Origin: Felis catus
Lineage: Eukaryota
Reading direction: 5' to 3'
Assembly (NCBI RefSeq): GCF_018350175.1
Contig: NC_058368.1
Location: 78,680,001-78,744,000, forward strand
DNA: 64,000 bases
The notes beneath the pieces are model-generated. The model searched no databases, was not told where the DNA came from, and saw nothing but the letters and a program-made list of their open reading frames with translations. Position numbers and translations under genes: made by a program. The stretch's first letter is position 1; each line of letters opens with the position of its first letter. This document shows, piece after piece, positions 26,939 through 40,282 of the stretch.

Positions 26939-27907
26939 ATCTCCATGGTCTTATATGCAGAACAGTTGTCAGTGTGATTTTTGAGTAAAAAATGTCGAAT
27001 GTCTTTCTCATGGCCTTGGGGTAATTTCTAAATTTAATTTTCCAAAGTCCGGGCATGACTCTAATCTTTCCTCTTGTGTTTTTCTCCAAAAACCACACAG
27101 GCATCTGAAACTGTGCCTAAAGCGGCTCTGTTTCCTATACCCCCACTCTCCTTTCTTTACAGAAATTTCCTCCTGCACGCTCTTTGTCAGTATAGGGTGA
27201 TTTTTCTCCCCCAGAAACTCCAGTTTGAAACCTAGTAGTTACTTTTGATATTTTTTTGTCTGAACCGATCGTGGGCCTTGAACGCCTCCCTTGCAGATCC
27301 CACTAGTGAGTCTCAGTCACAGACCCGACCCCCACCCTGCGTTTTGCTCACTGTTGCCTGAAAGGCTGTTGGAAACTTCTCTAGTGCTCACCCTTTGTCT
27401 TGTTGTGTCTCTGTTTCTGATGTTTTATCAGCTGTCCTCCACCCATTCACTCTTGAAGTCCCCAAATGTATCTTCTCAGTGCATATTTGTGCCCAGGAGG
27501 GGGTTATACACTAGGGAGGGTAATCACGGGCACAGGCAGGTGCGGTCCTTAGCCGGTGTGCATTACAGCCCAGAATGAGAAGCCCCCCCCGTCCCTTGGT
27601 ATGGTTTTCTTCTCTTCCTCCACTCGCGCGCTCTCTCTCTCTCTCTCTCATCAGGAATGTGAATTCTTGCTCAGCTGGCAGATGGAATGCTGCTTCAAAG
27701 GGATAAGAGATCAACATATGTCTTGTTTTCTCCTAAGACAATTTCTGAAACACACAGCTGCTTTCTGGTCTAAGTTTTGAATGGAATAGTAGGAATGCAG
27801 GGAGGCATTTGTCTTCAGAGATGCTTTCTCCCTATAATCTGCATGCCGTTCCGGACTTTCATGCCAGTATTACTTTCTGTGTCTCTATTTTGTGCATCAT
27901 ACATATG

Positions 27908-28195
27908 CCTCCCCAAGGACCAGGGTCACCGTCACCTGGGAGCTTGTTAGAAATGCAGATTCACGGGCCCCATCCCACACCTGCTGAATCAGTTACTGGG
28001 AATGCGGCAGGGATCGGTGTTTTAAGACGCCCTCCAGGGGATCCCGAAGTTTTAGTTGGATTCTAGAGCTTCTCAGCTGGGCAGGTGTGTCATACTCTTG
28101 GGGTCTACTGAAATTCTTTGCCCAGGGGGCAGAGATGCTAAATGTTGTACAACCTGTAGGACAGTGACAAACAAAAATAACTGTCCTGTCTCCAG
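27908..28195. mobile_element. hAT-Charlie relics (MER5A-like followed by a MER20-like piece)
   Basis: tcacctgggagcttgttagaaatgcagatt...ctgaatcag; cagagatgctaaatgttgtacaa...ggacag. Confidence 0.65.
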
Positions 28196-29282
28196 TGACC
28201 CAGCCATCCCTCTGGACAACAGGATGAACCTGGTCTAGCAGAAATGTTGTGGTGCCTGGAATGCTATGGCTGATCTCCCGCCCTTCTGTGTTTCTTCGTT
28301 CCATTTCTTACCCTGATTCCTATCCCAAAATGTCCCTGTTGTCTTCATCTTTCACGGCCTGAATTAAACAGTACCTGCTTCAGGAGTCTTCCCTGACTTC
28401 CTCGACTGAAAGAATAAAACTTCTGCGTGTGCCCGCCGGCATTTTGTCCGTGGATCTGGAATGTGCTTATTTGTCTTTGCCTTCTGCTATAGTTCTTGAG
28501 AGAACTGTCTCCTCTTCCCTACACTGCACAGCTCAGGACAGGATTGTGTCTTTTCTGTCCCCAGCAGAGTGGCTGGCCTGTGAGAGGCTCGTAGCAGAAA
28601 CCACTTTTCCCTTCCAACCCCTTGCACTGTAGCGGCCCACAGTGCTAGAAACACAGAGCACCACTGATTGACTTCGAGGTGTGTGGAGATAGGAGAAAGA
28701 TAAAAAAGGAAACAGCGTCCGTGGCAGTCCACGACCAAACTCTCGCAGGAAGCGTCTGCAAGCAAGAAGCCTGCCTCTGACAAATGAACCGCTTCGTACA
28801 GAATTGGTGCATGATACAAGAAGCCGGAATCCCGGCTCGTTCCAGCTGTGGGATCCTAGAAGCCATTGGTGAACACCCTGGGGCAACGTAGGTTTGACAG
28901 TGGCCTTCGTTTCCTTCACGATTGGAGATGATTCTATAACTAAACAAAGCTACCTTCTTGGTCTCATAAAATGAAGATTGCAAACACTATTTCTGATCTG
29001 ATCTGATCAGAGGGAAATGGAGCCATGTGTAGTGGGTGATAGACAGGGGCATCTAGGGGCACATGATGTCCTGTAGAAATGGCTTTCTGCCACATGTGCC
29101 CACCTCAGTCCCTTTGATCTTCCCTTTGGATCTCACAGCTGGCCGCTGCTACAGATTGATGCTATGACATTCCAATAGGCAACCATTTTGGGCCAAGAAT
29201 AGTTACCAAGTTTATATGATCCAATTTTGGTTTAGTTGCTTATTCTCAAAATGTATTTTATTGTATTTTTCTGAAAGTTACT

Positions 29283-29491
29283 TTTGTAAAATGTTTATTT
29301 GGAGAGAGAGAGAGAGCAAGGATGAGTGGGGGAGGAGCAGAGAGAGATGGAGAGAGAGAGAGAGTCCCAAGCAGACTCTGAGATGTCAGCACAGATCCTG
29401 ACACGGGGCTTGAACTCACAAACCTCGAGATCAAGACCTGAGCTGAAATCAAGAGTTGGACACTTAAACGATTGAGCCACCCAGGCACCCC
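29283..29491 (-). mobile_element. SINEC SINE at the tail of an L1
   Basis: Full body directly abutting the T-rich L1 3' end. Confidence 0.9.
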
Positions 29492-31385
29492 TATTTTATT
29501 AATTTTTTCTAATACTGTATTTGAATATAGTTGGCACACAATGTTACATTAGTTTCAGGTGTACATCATAGTGATTCAACATCTCCATATGTCATGTGCG
29601 CTCACCACAAGTGTAACTACCATTTTGTTACCATACGACGCGATTATAGTATCATTGACTGTGTCCCCCGTGCTGTGCCTTTTATCCCCATCACTTATTG
29701 GTTCCATAACTGAAAGCCTGTATCTCCTACTCCCCTTCACCCATTTTGCTCATCCCCCCCCCACCTCTGCCCTCTGGCAACCATCAGTTTATTCTCTATG
29801 TTTATGGGTCCGATTCTGCTTTTTGTTTATTCATTTGTTTTGGTTTTTAAATTAATGTTGATTTTAATATTAAATTTTTAAAAATGTATTTATTTTGAGA
29901 GGGAGAGAGAGAGAAAGCATGCAAGGGGGGGAGGTACAGGGAGAGAGGGAGAGAGAATTCCAAGTGGAGCCCTTCTTGGGGCTCCAATCCCATGAACCAA
30001 GAGATCGTGACCTGAGCCAAAAATCAAGTTTGACGCTTCACCGACTGAGCCACCCGGGCGCCCCATTTGTTTTGTGGTTTAGATTCCACATATGAGCAAA
30101 ATCATATGGTATTTATCTTTTTCAGTCCAACCTACTTCACTTAGCATAATACCCTGTAGGTCCATCCATGTTGTTGCAAATTCCAAGATCTCAACCTTTT
30201 TTATGACCATGTAGTATTTCAGTATATACGTGTGTGTGTATATGTATATATGTACATATACATATATATATACATATACATATACATATATATGTAATAT
30301 ATTATTATGTGATATATATTATATAATACTGCAGTAAACATAGGAATACATATATCTTTTGGAAATAATCTTTTCTTTTTCTTTGGATAAATAACCTGTA
30401 GTGTAATTACTGGATTATATTTTAAGTATTTTAAGGAACCTCCATACTGCTTTACACAGTGACTGCACCTGTTTGCATTCCCACTAACAGTACATAAGGT
30501 TTCCTTTGTCACCACAATCCTCACCAACAATGTTGTTTTTGGTCTTTTTGATTTTAGCCATTCTGACAGGTGTGAGGTGCTGTCTCATTGTGGTTTTTGT
30601 TTGCCTTTCCCTGATGGTTAGTAATACTGAGCTGATTTCCATGTGTCTGTTGGCCATTTGGATGACTTCTTTGAAGAAATGTCTTTTCAGGTCCTCTGCC
30701 CATTTTTTAATTGGATTGTTTGGGTTTTCTTTTTTTTTTTTTTTTTTTTTTTTAGTGTTGAGCTGTATAAGTTCTTCATATATTTGGATATTAACTCCTC
30801 ATTAGTTATATCATTTGCAAATATCTTCTCCCATTCACAGGGTTGCCTTACCCTTTTGTTGATGTTTCTTTCACTGTGCAGACTCTTTTTATTCAGGTGT
30901 AGTGCCTATAGTTTATTTTTGCTTTTGTTTTACTTGCCTCAGGAGTCATGTCTAGGAGGAAGTTGCTAAGATCATCTGTTTTTGTGCCAGGACCAGACTG
31001 GTTTGATTGCCACAGCTTTGAAGTATATCTTGAAATCTGGGATCGTGCTATCGCTGGCTTCGTTCTTCTTTCTCGATTGCTTTGGTTATTTACGATCTTC
31101 TGTGATTCCATACACATTTTAGGATTGTTTGTTCTACTTCTGTGAGAATTGTTGTTGGTATTTTGACAGGGATTGTATTAAATCTGTAGATTGCTTCGGG
31201 CAACACAGACATTTTAACGATATTTATTCTTCCAGTCCACGAGCATAGAATATCTTTCCATTTGTTTGTGTCATTTTCAACTTATCAATGTTTTATAGCT
31301 TACAGAGTAGGGGTCCTTCACCTCCTTGATCAAGTTTGTTCCTAGGTATTTTATTCTTTTTGGTGCCATTGTAAATGGAATTGTA
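29492..31385 (-). mobile_element. 5'-truncated carnivore-type L1 (3' UTR plus ORF2 end) with nested SINE and TA/CA microsatellite
   Basis: ttacattagtttcaggtgtacatcatagtgattc 3' UTR; ttaaggaacctccatactg, ttttagccattctgacaggtgtgagg and ggtattttgacagggattgtattaaatctgtaga ORF2 motifs. Confidence 0.88.
29849..30064 (-). mobile_element. SINEC SINE nested in L1
   Basis: TSD-like catttgttttg on both sides. Confidence 0.88.
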
Positions 31386-31444
31386 AAAGGAGACATCACT
31401 TTTGGACCTTGCCCCTTAAAAAAGATTGATTTTTAATGACTGAG

Positions 31445-31663
31445 TTTTTTTTTTAATTTTCTAATATTTATTTATTTTTGAGAGACAGAGACAGAGCATG
31501 AATGGGGGAGGAGCAGAGAGAGAGGGAGACACAGAATCTGTAGCAGGCCTCAGACTCTGAGCCGTCAGCACAGAGCCCGATGTGGGGCTTGAACTCAACG
31601 AACTCTAACATCATGACCTGAGCTGAAGTCCGATGCTCAACTGACTGAGCCACCCAAGCACCT
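31445..31663 (-). mobile_element. SINEC SINE
   Basis: TSD taatgactga at 31434-31443 and 31667-31676. Confidence 0.92.
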
Positions 31664-33703
31664 CTATAATGACTGATTCTATGCTATGGAAGAATACTAT
31701 GCAGTTAACTAAGGAGTTACCTTAAGTGTAGGTATATACACAACAAGTATAACTAGAACATAAGCCCACCTCCTCTGTTAATTAGTAGACTAACTGCAAT
31801 GTTTTGGTAACAGTTATCGCAAAGGTAACGTCATGGGCAAGTCCCTGGCCTGGCTTTGGTGTCAAGTTTTTGATGCCCTAGATAACTATTATCACAGACT
31901 CTCCTATGTATTCCACGTGGATGTTTTCTTCGCGTTGAGCCACACTAGACTGGTCAGAGCTGATCTTCCAAATGCAGAACACATCAGCCTCAGGTTCAGA
32001 ATTCCTGCCGCCTCTGGGATTTTTGCTTTTTGTCCATTTGAAACCTGTTATTTGTGGCCTGCATGCATTTCCTAAATGTGTAGCTGGGATGAGTTGAAAA
32101 CACATTGAATGTAGAAAGAGAATCTAAAAAAAATCTTTATGGATTTGAACCGTGTACTTAATCCACCAACAGGAAAATTAATTGGGGCAAATGTAAATTC
32201 TAAAATAACGATGACTCACGTTGGGAGATGCGATTTGCTGTGATACTCATGTGCAGCCTTCCCCAATTAGGAAAATCAAAAGCTGTACTGATAGAAGTAC
32301 AGTTTCTAAACCAAGAGAAGCAGAAGTCAGGGGGTAATGTAAATTAACACGGGGGCCTTGGTACATAAGGATTGAGTAGCTCACCAGGACCGTGAGAACA
32401 GTGAAGGGCCTAAAACCATTTTAGGGAGGAAGAGACAAAGAGAAACGCGTGTTTGGCTGAGCGGAGAGAAGGCTCAAACAGAGACGATTGGCTCTGAGCA
32501 TTTGAAGAACTGCCATGTAGAACTTACTCCTTATTTATTCATTTATTCATTTTATTTATTTATTTAGTTATTATTTTATTTTTTTTCTTGTGACTTAGAC
32601 TTGTTCTAAGCGGGATCCAATGGGTAGAGAAATCCAGGGGGTTGCCATTGCGTGGAAACATAATTTTTTTAGCTTTACATAAGGAAGTGATTTCATGTAT
32701 TCATAACGGTCTGCCTCGGGAGGTGGTATGCAAGTTAGGCAAGTTAACTAATCTGTCAGTGTCTGGTTTACTCATCTAAAATAATGGTGCCTACTCTGTA
32801 AATACATGAATATGAATTCGCAGTTTTGTAAGTGTAAGTTACAATTACTGCTATTATGAATTTACTGTTATTTTGTACGTACTTGGATTGCCTGATTTTT
32901 AGAGTTTCCCGCAATATTATCATAGTGTGATTCTCCAGGTCTTTATACCAGAATAATTACGTGCTCCCATCACAACTGGAAGCTGCCACAGAATTGCCTT
33001 AGAATTCTTGAAAATCTCAGGATCAAATTTCTCATAAGATTTAACTTCAAGTATAAATTATTTTCAGTGCAGAAGTAGAAACTGATGCAGGCAGAAAACA
33101 GCCTCCTAACAAATTTCATCTCCCGTCTCCCGAATGTTCTGTGCAGGTGGGCACTGGACGGGGCGTGGGGAGGGGATATAAAATTGTAAGACTTTATTAA
33201 AGTGCTTCATGAAAATAAATTTTAGCAAAGATAGTAGGTTTTGGAATCAATCATTGGCATGTGAATTGGTAATGTGATTTTTTAAATTTATATTATACCA
33301 TAATTTTTATCGTGAGGAACCTTTAAAAATATATTGTGGATAACTGTAAATTTAGTTATCCTAGTGTATGTATATTTGCTCTTAAATGTCACAATCAGAC
33401 ATTTAAAAAGATCCTAGTAGCTAATTGAATTGATAATTTTAAAGGCACAAAATTTTATCATGAGGCTGTATTACAGTAGTCAAAATGAATCGTTTTACTT
33501 GAATGACCCGCAAAGATCTCTATGCGAGTAGTAGACATTTTTTGATTATTTTTTCAATGTTTATGGTTGGTAAGGATTGACCAAACTTTTATTGTCAAAG
33601 CTTATCTAACTTAAACCGAGACAAATAACCTATTTTCTTGCCTATTCTGTTTTTATTAACTGCTATTTCCTTAAAAAGTGAATGCATGAACAAGCACAGA
33701 GAG

Positions 33704-33972
33704 TTTTTAAATTTTTTTTAATATTTAAAATAATTTTTTAGTATTTATTTTTGAGAGAGAGAGAGAGAGAGACAGACAGAGCAGTAGTGGGGGAGGGGCA
33801 AAGAGAGAGAGGAAGACAGAGGATCCCAAGCAGGCTCCAGGCTCTGGGCTGTCAGCACAGAGCCCGTCCCAGGTCTCGAACACAGGAGCCAAGAGATCAT
33901 GACCTGAGCAGCCATGAGATCATGACCTGAGCCGAAGTCAGATGCTCAACCGACTGAGCCACCCAAGTGCCC
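33704..33972 (-). mobile_element. SINEC SINE with 23-bp internal tandem duplication
   Basis: agccaagagatcatgacctgagc 33887-33909 and agccatgagatcatgacctgagc 33910-33932. Confidence 0.92.
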
Positions 33973-35141
33973 TGAGAGAGCCTTTGAAATGCAAAAGATA
34001 AAAACCTAATAGCAGCAAAGAAGCCAAAGCAGAAAAGCTCATCCAATACCAAACTGGATTTCAAAACCATGTCAGCCAATGTATTTCTAGTTACTTCATT
34101 TCTGGCGGAAAAGAACCAATGAACTGAGGAACAGAGAAAACAGTAGAATCCATAAACAGTCTTCAAAATGAGACTCTACATCTAACACCTTGCAGTGGGG
34201 GCTGAGAATGGCACCTGTATTTTCACAGAATATAATGAATTATGTACGTGCCTTTGTCAGTTACGCGGTCTGCATATGAACTGGCTCTCGGCTCACCCTC
34301 CACAGCTTTCTCTGTGTCTTGTTTAAAACCCTCACTTTTCAGATAGAAAGTCCAGTGTCTTCTACAAGATACACTCAAATCCTTTTACTATAAAGGTGAA
34401 ACTTGGGGCCCCTCTGTAGGATGATACAACGCGAGAGGAAAATACCCTCTCAGAGGACCTTCTGTGAATGCCTCCGGCTCCGGGGAAGGCTTGGGACATG
34501 GGGTGTGTCAGTTTCTCAGCTGTCCTCTGTGTCTGTCTTTCCCTCACCTTTTCCTTCTTTTCTCTTGTTTCTGCTTTTTGCAAATGATTAAAACCCTTGT
34601 TTTATTTTCCCAGGGAGTCATAAAAGACCGTGAACACCAGAAAGCAAAGATTCTGGGGATCACCCTAGAGCATGCCCACTGACCATCTGCTCTGTCTTTT
34701 TCATGATTAGCACTTGGTAATAAATACTCATGTTCGGAGGTCTCTCTTTGTCTCTCTCCATTTCTGTGACACGCATGCACACACATTTATGCACACTGCC
34801 CTCTGTTAGTCATTTGAATTCCACATCTCTAAAGAGATTAATTCAAAATTTATTTCGTTTAGCTAAACTTTCTGTTTAACATAAAGTTTTAAAAATACCT
34901 TTTGAAATACATGGGGTTAACCCTGAAACAGTTGTAAAGGCCTTTGCAGAATTAAGTGAATTAAATACCATTCAGAACACTTAAAACTCTTTTTATAAAA
35001 TGTTTACAGTGTCAACCTTGAAGGAAAGTTTTCCTGCTGATATATGCCACTCCCAGAGTGCAAAATCATTCTCCTCACTGCATATTTTTTTCCTTGTTTT
35101 AGTAGTGTATGTAATTTGAAACATATAAAATAAGACAACTC

Positions 35142-35349
35142 GGGACGTGTGGGCGGCTCAATCGGTTAAATGTCTGACTCTCGGTTGCGGTTTGGGTCGT
35201 GACCTCACAGTTCATGAGTTCAAGCCCCACACTGGGCTCTGCGCTTATGGCATGAAACCTCCCTGGAATTCTCTCTCTACCCTGTCTCTGTGTCCCTACC
35301 CTGATTACACTTTCTGTCTCTCAAAATAAATAAATAAACTTAAAAAAAA
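35142..35349 (+). mobile_element. Diverged SINEC SINE
   Basis: Head ggctcaatcggttaaa, B-box gagttcaagccc, A tail; caactc repeated at both flanks. Confidence 0.85.
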
Positions 35350-35387
35350 TCAACTCGTGACAAAGGATTTACAAATATGCTTTAAAA

Positions 35388-35603
35388 TTTTTTTTTAACA
35401 TTTATTTACCTTTAAGAGACAGAGAGAGACAGAGTATGAGCATGGGAAGGTCAGAGAGAGAGAGGAAGACACAGAATCCAAAGCAGGCTCTAGGCTCCGA
35501 GCTGTCAGCACAGATTCCAGTGTGGGGCTTGAACTCACGAACCGTGAGATCACGACCTGAGCCCAAGTCAGATGCTGAACCAACTGAGCGACCCAGGTGC
35601 CTC
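35388..35603 (-). mobile_element. SINEC SINE
   Basis: Full body. Confidence 0.9.
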
Positions 35604-35769
35604 GGAATATACTTTTTTTAAATTCACACTTTGAGTTATATTCTTATTTCTCAAATACTAGTTCTTTCAGTGTTGATTTTAAATCACCTTCTTACTTTTT
35701 TAGATCTTTATTACAAAACCAGAGTAAAAAGGTCTATTGAAAGTAACAACTAGATTGTATGATCAAGTT

Positions 35770-35774
<5 letters not shown>

Positions 35775-35808
<34 letters not shown>

Positions 35809-36021
35809 TTTTTTTTCAACGTTTATTTATTTTTGGGACAGAGAGAGACAGAGCATGAACGGGGGAGGGGCAGAGAGAGAGAGGGAGACACAGAATCGGA
35901 AACAGGCTCCAGGCTCCGAGCCGTCAGCCCAGAGCCCGACGCGGGGCTCGAACTCACGGACCGCGAGATCGTGACCTGGCTGAAGTCGGACGCTTAACCG
36001 ACTGCGCCACCCAGGCGCCCC
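35775..36021 (-). mobile_element. SINEC_Fc young subfamily
   Basis: Perfect TSD tgatcaagttagatt at 35760-35774 and 36022-36036; pure T run of about 30; CpGs intact. Confidence 0.97.
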
Positions 36022-36262
36022 TGATCAAGTTAGATTAAACAAGAACTCCTTTGGGAGGAAAAAGCAAAATTAAAAAAGAATATTTTAAAGGGTAGGCAAG
36101 TTAGACAAGACTAGAATATTACACATTTGTGCCAGGTATCACCTTACCACAAAAGATATTGAACCAAATAGTAGATCTGTATAATCATTTTTTGTCTACT
36201 AATTTTTTTCCTAGATATGTTCTATAAACTTTGTTCTGTCTCCATAGTTACACCAATTTCTT

Positions 36263-36485
36263 TTTTTTTTTTTTTTTTTTTTCAACGTTTATTTATTTTT
36301 GGGACAGAGAGAGACAGAGCATGAACGGGGGAGGGGCAGAGAGAGAGGGAGACACAGAATCAGAAACAGGCTCCAGGCTCCGAGCCATCAGCCCAGAGCC
36401 CGACGTGGGGCTTGAACTCACGGACCGTGAGATCGTGACCTGGCTGAAGTCGGACGCTTAACCGACTGCGCCACCCAGGCGCCCC
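36263..36485 (-). mobile_element. SINEC_Fc young subfamily
   Basis: TSD accaatttctt at 36252-36262 and 36486-36496; pure T tail. Confidence 0.96.
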
Positions 36486-37536
36486 ACCAATTTCTTAATT
36501 AAGCTGCTTGAACTGACTGCTCTGATAGTTGAGAGTGATTGTCATCAGTGAAATTAAGCTGATCACATTTGCACAAAATACTGGATTTCGCGTGCACACG
36601 CACACACACGTGTGTGCGCACGTAATCATGCTGTAAAATAACCATGCGCGTTTGGACTTTTGCACCTAGGAGGCTTTATTTTCAGAGTGTTCTTTCCTTC
36701 CTGCTTGTGGCCACCTGTGCTTGGACTTGCTGATGGGCCGTCCATTTCTTTAGCGTCTCCGTGGTATAATCTGGTGGTTCTGTGCTTTCTCCACTGCTGC
36801 ACCATTTTGCATTCCCACTATCTCTGTACATCACTGCTTCCCTGACGATGTCTCAGCCATTTCGTTCTGGAGGCATGTGACTTATCTGTGCCTTTCAACT
36901 CTATCGTTAATCCCTTAATCTTCTGGCTAGCCGCCTATCTTCGCTGTCAGCTCTACTCTGGACTATAACTTCCAGTATATTCCAGAGGCTTCAAAGGGGC
37001 TAATCTTTTGATCCAATGAAAATAAAAATCTATCTTTTTCTTAGTTTGGGGCTTCAGTGTTTTTTTTTTTTTTTTTTTTTCTAATTACACATGTAGAAAC
37101 CCTAGAGAAATGTTCATGATAAATCCTTTTTTCAGAACCTCGGGTGTGTGATAATGATCTGAATTTTGTTTTGATGATTAGAAAATACAAGATTGTAGCC
37201 TAGTACAAAAAGTAAACTTCTTGAAACTTCAGAAGCCAGAGTCTGAATGCGCCAGACCAAAATTTGATGCATCGATGAGCAGTAGGTGGGGCCAGGCCTT
37301 AAGTCTGAACATTGTGCAAATAATATTATAAAATGGTGTTGTTAGAACTATGATAGAGAACTTACAATCTAAGGAAAATGGGATGGGATTGTGGGGTTTT
37401 GTGTTGCACGAGGCATCTCACCAGTGGTGCCACTGCTCTGGGGCAGGAAGACCATGCGGGCCACAGGGAATTTCATTTCATGTCTTGGGAACAATCAAGC
37501 GGCCACTGGATTCATAAGCTTAGAAAATACATTTCA

Positions 37537-37650
37537 GGGGCACCTGGGAGGCTCAGTCGACTCTTGATTTTGGCTCAGGTCATGATCTCATGGTTTGTGA
37601 GTTTGAGCCCCGTGTTGGGCTCTGTGCTGGCAGTGTAGAGCCAGCTTGGG

Positions 37651-37695
<45 letters not shown>

Positions 37696-37780
37696 GCCCC
37701 TCCTCTGTGCTCTCTCTCTCTCTCTCTGCCCCTCCTCTGCGCTCTCTCTCTCTCTCTCAAAATAAATAAACTCAAAAAAA
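37537..37780 (+). mobile_element. SINEC SINE with head deletion and duplicated CT-tract segment
   Basis: ggctcagtcgactcttg (shortened head); tctgcccctcctctg occurs twice. Confidence 0.88.
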
Positions 37781-38652
37781 TAACAATTGAATATAGTTAG
37801 GTGTTCAACTGATTTCCAGAAGGGCAAAGTCTTCCTAAAATAGATCAAGTGCCATGTATTTACTTAATTTAAGTTCCTGTCTTAAAGGTGGCCATAGATC
37901 TCAGAGTTACATAGCTGTTTGCCTCCAGGACTCTGTTGGGGAACACAACATCTGTGTGACCAAATGTCAACTCATGGCACTTTTGTGTTAATAACAAATT
38001 AATGTTTGTAATATAAAACATTTCTGAAAATTCGTAAAACTTTTCTTGGAATTTTTTTTTAAGGAAACACTATATAACACATAATATAGCCCCCAAGGAC
38101 ACGTTCTCAGAAAGGCATGGAAGTAGGGAGACGAGGGGAGCTTCAGTTCTGGAATTAACTCTTCACGTTGCTAGGGATCAAAACCCTGAGTCACCGCTAT
38201 CCTCTAATGTAACTAAACATTTTTGTGTGTCCTCAGTCCCCATTCCCTCATTTGTAAAATCATGATTCTTATTGTAGGTTTTTATTAGTTTTCACATGCC
38301 GAGGTATTAACAGATTATTATTTATATAGACTTTTCAATTTTTTTTTTTTTTACGTGTCCGAATCAGAGTCAGGCTCTAATGTTGACCTATGTGGACTTG
38401 AGAAACGTTGGCCTGATTCTGTGTCCAACATGTTTTCAGGCAACAGCTGGGTCGTTGTGTCCCCTAAATAAGTGTGAGGCTCAGGGAAGTGTGTGACGCC
38501 TATTTCAAATTTCTTCCTTTCAGAAAGGATCCGCTTTTTGTATGTGGTCTGTCCATGTGTTGCCTGTTAGGTTGCTGTAGCTTGAATAACGGAAGGAAAA
38601 CCAGAGAATAAGGGTGGTCTGGTTGGGTCGTGCAGAAAAGTTAAGGGGAGGC

Positions 38653-38743
38653 AGAGAGAGAGAGAGGGAGAGGAGGAGGAGGAGGGGGAGGGGAGGAGGA
38701 GGAGGAGGGGGAGGAGGAGGGGGAAGAAGAGGAGGAGGAGAGA
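38653..38743. repeat. Pure purine (GA)/(GGA) tract, about 90 bp
   Basis: Seen directly. Confidence 0.9.
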
Positions 38744-40282
38744 TCATTTGGGTTTTGCTGTTTGTGTTTACTTCGTGTCGAGTCCAGACTGATGGAAGAT
38801 GTACTTATTCGGTGATCTCTGTCATTTACTTCATCATTCCAGTTTCTGGCTAAACCAGTGTTCTGTTGTTGTTGTTTTAGGGAGTTTTGGGTTGAAGAGA
38901 GATGACTTTTATGATCCACGACACTAGTTGGTTGTGTATTCGATGACTGTCAACAGGCTGGAAAACAGCCCAGACTAACCCCACTGCCGCAGACGTGAGC
39001 TTCAGGAGAGCAGGGCACCAGACCTTGGTTTGGAGGCTGACCACGTGGCACCTCAGGACAAAAGCCCATTTGTCTCTAGTGTCTCTCCGTCAGAGGCACC
39101 ACTTCCAGGGACAACAGTTTGAAATCTCCCTGCAGCTTAACTCATTTTTACCCTTGCCGCTGACGTTTTTGGCCTTCTCTTCACATTTGATAACGAATCC
39201 TTAAACAAAGAACATCACGAATCACACGTAAACGCTCAATATGGGGTCTGGCTAAGTCAGACGTGGACACCAGGAAAAGGCTGCTCTTTCAAGAATGGTT
39301 TCCACCATGCATGCCTTATATTGCCTTGGTGTTTCAAGGAACAAAAGTGTGCTTGGTACCTCGGGGACGAGCCGAGGTGCTTACCACTCACCAGTGTAAC
39401 TTCATCGGTGTGCATAATATTGGACTTCCAAAAATGTTTAAGACACACACTGCAAATTGGTGAATCCAAAGTAAATTATTCCACGTGCAGGGACATTAAA
39501 TACTGTTGATTTTGTGTTTGTCAGGCAGTCCTTCCATGGGAAGACCTAACACCGCTAGATAGATTGGTCTGGCGCCTTCTGCAGTCATCAGCATCCCGGG
39601 AAGGGGCGGGCTCCCTCAGTTTTGTTGAATGCTGAAGCCTCTGGCAAGTACTGAAATTGGAATTGATAATTTCCTAGGGGGCGGCATTAATCTCTCTGCC
39701 TTAATGCGTCACACGGTACATATTTTTCTACATGAGCTTCTCTGGGGACAACAGTTATAAATGCTTAATGGGGCATATGTCTGAGTATAGAAAAGAAAAA
39801 TGAAATGATTAATGAGACTCCAAAAGGAAGTAAGTGGTTGAAATAGGAACCCGGGAAATAGCAGGGTAGGTGGGTCAAGAAACAGCTAAGAGCCTGTGGT
39901 TAATTTGAGGCTGAGTTGAAAAATTGTAAAAACTGGTGTCCATGGTGCTGACCAGACTAGCTCTGTGTGACCAGAAATGATACCTATGAATTCAAAACTA
40001 TTCTGCTGAGATTGTTACGGGGACTAAAGTGTGCAGACGTTTAGCACATTGGAGAAAAAATTTCTAAATGAATATTATGCAGATAAGAAGACTTAATTAG
40101 GTCCCAAAGTTGTTCCCTTTCTACCTCAGAATTATTGAACAACACAAATGGGAGTTATATAAATAAAGTTACGTGACGTTAGATTCTCTGTAAATATAGC
40201 TTTATAAAACTTAATTGTAATAAAATGTACGTGGCTTAAGAAGGTTATCAAGTTCAAGACATTACAACAGGGGGATGAGGAC

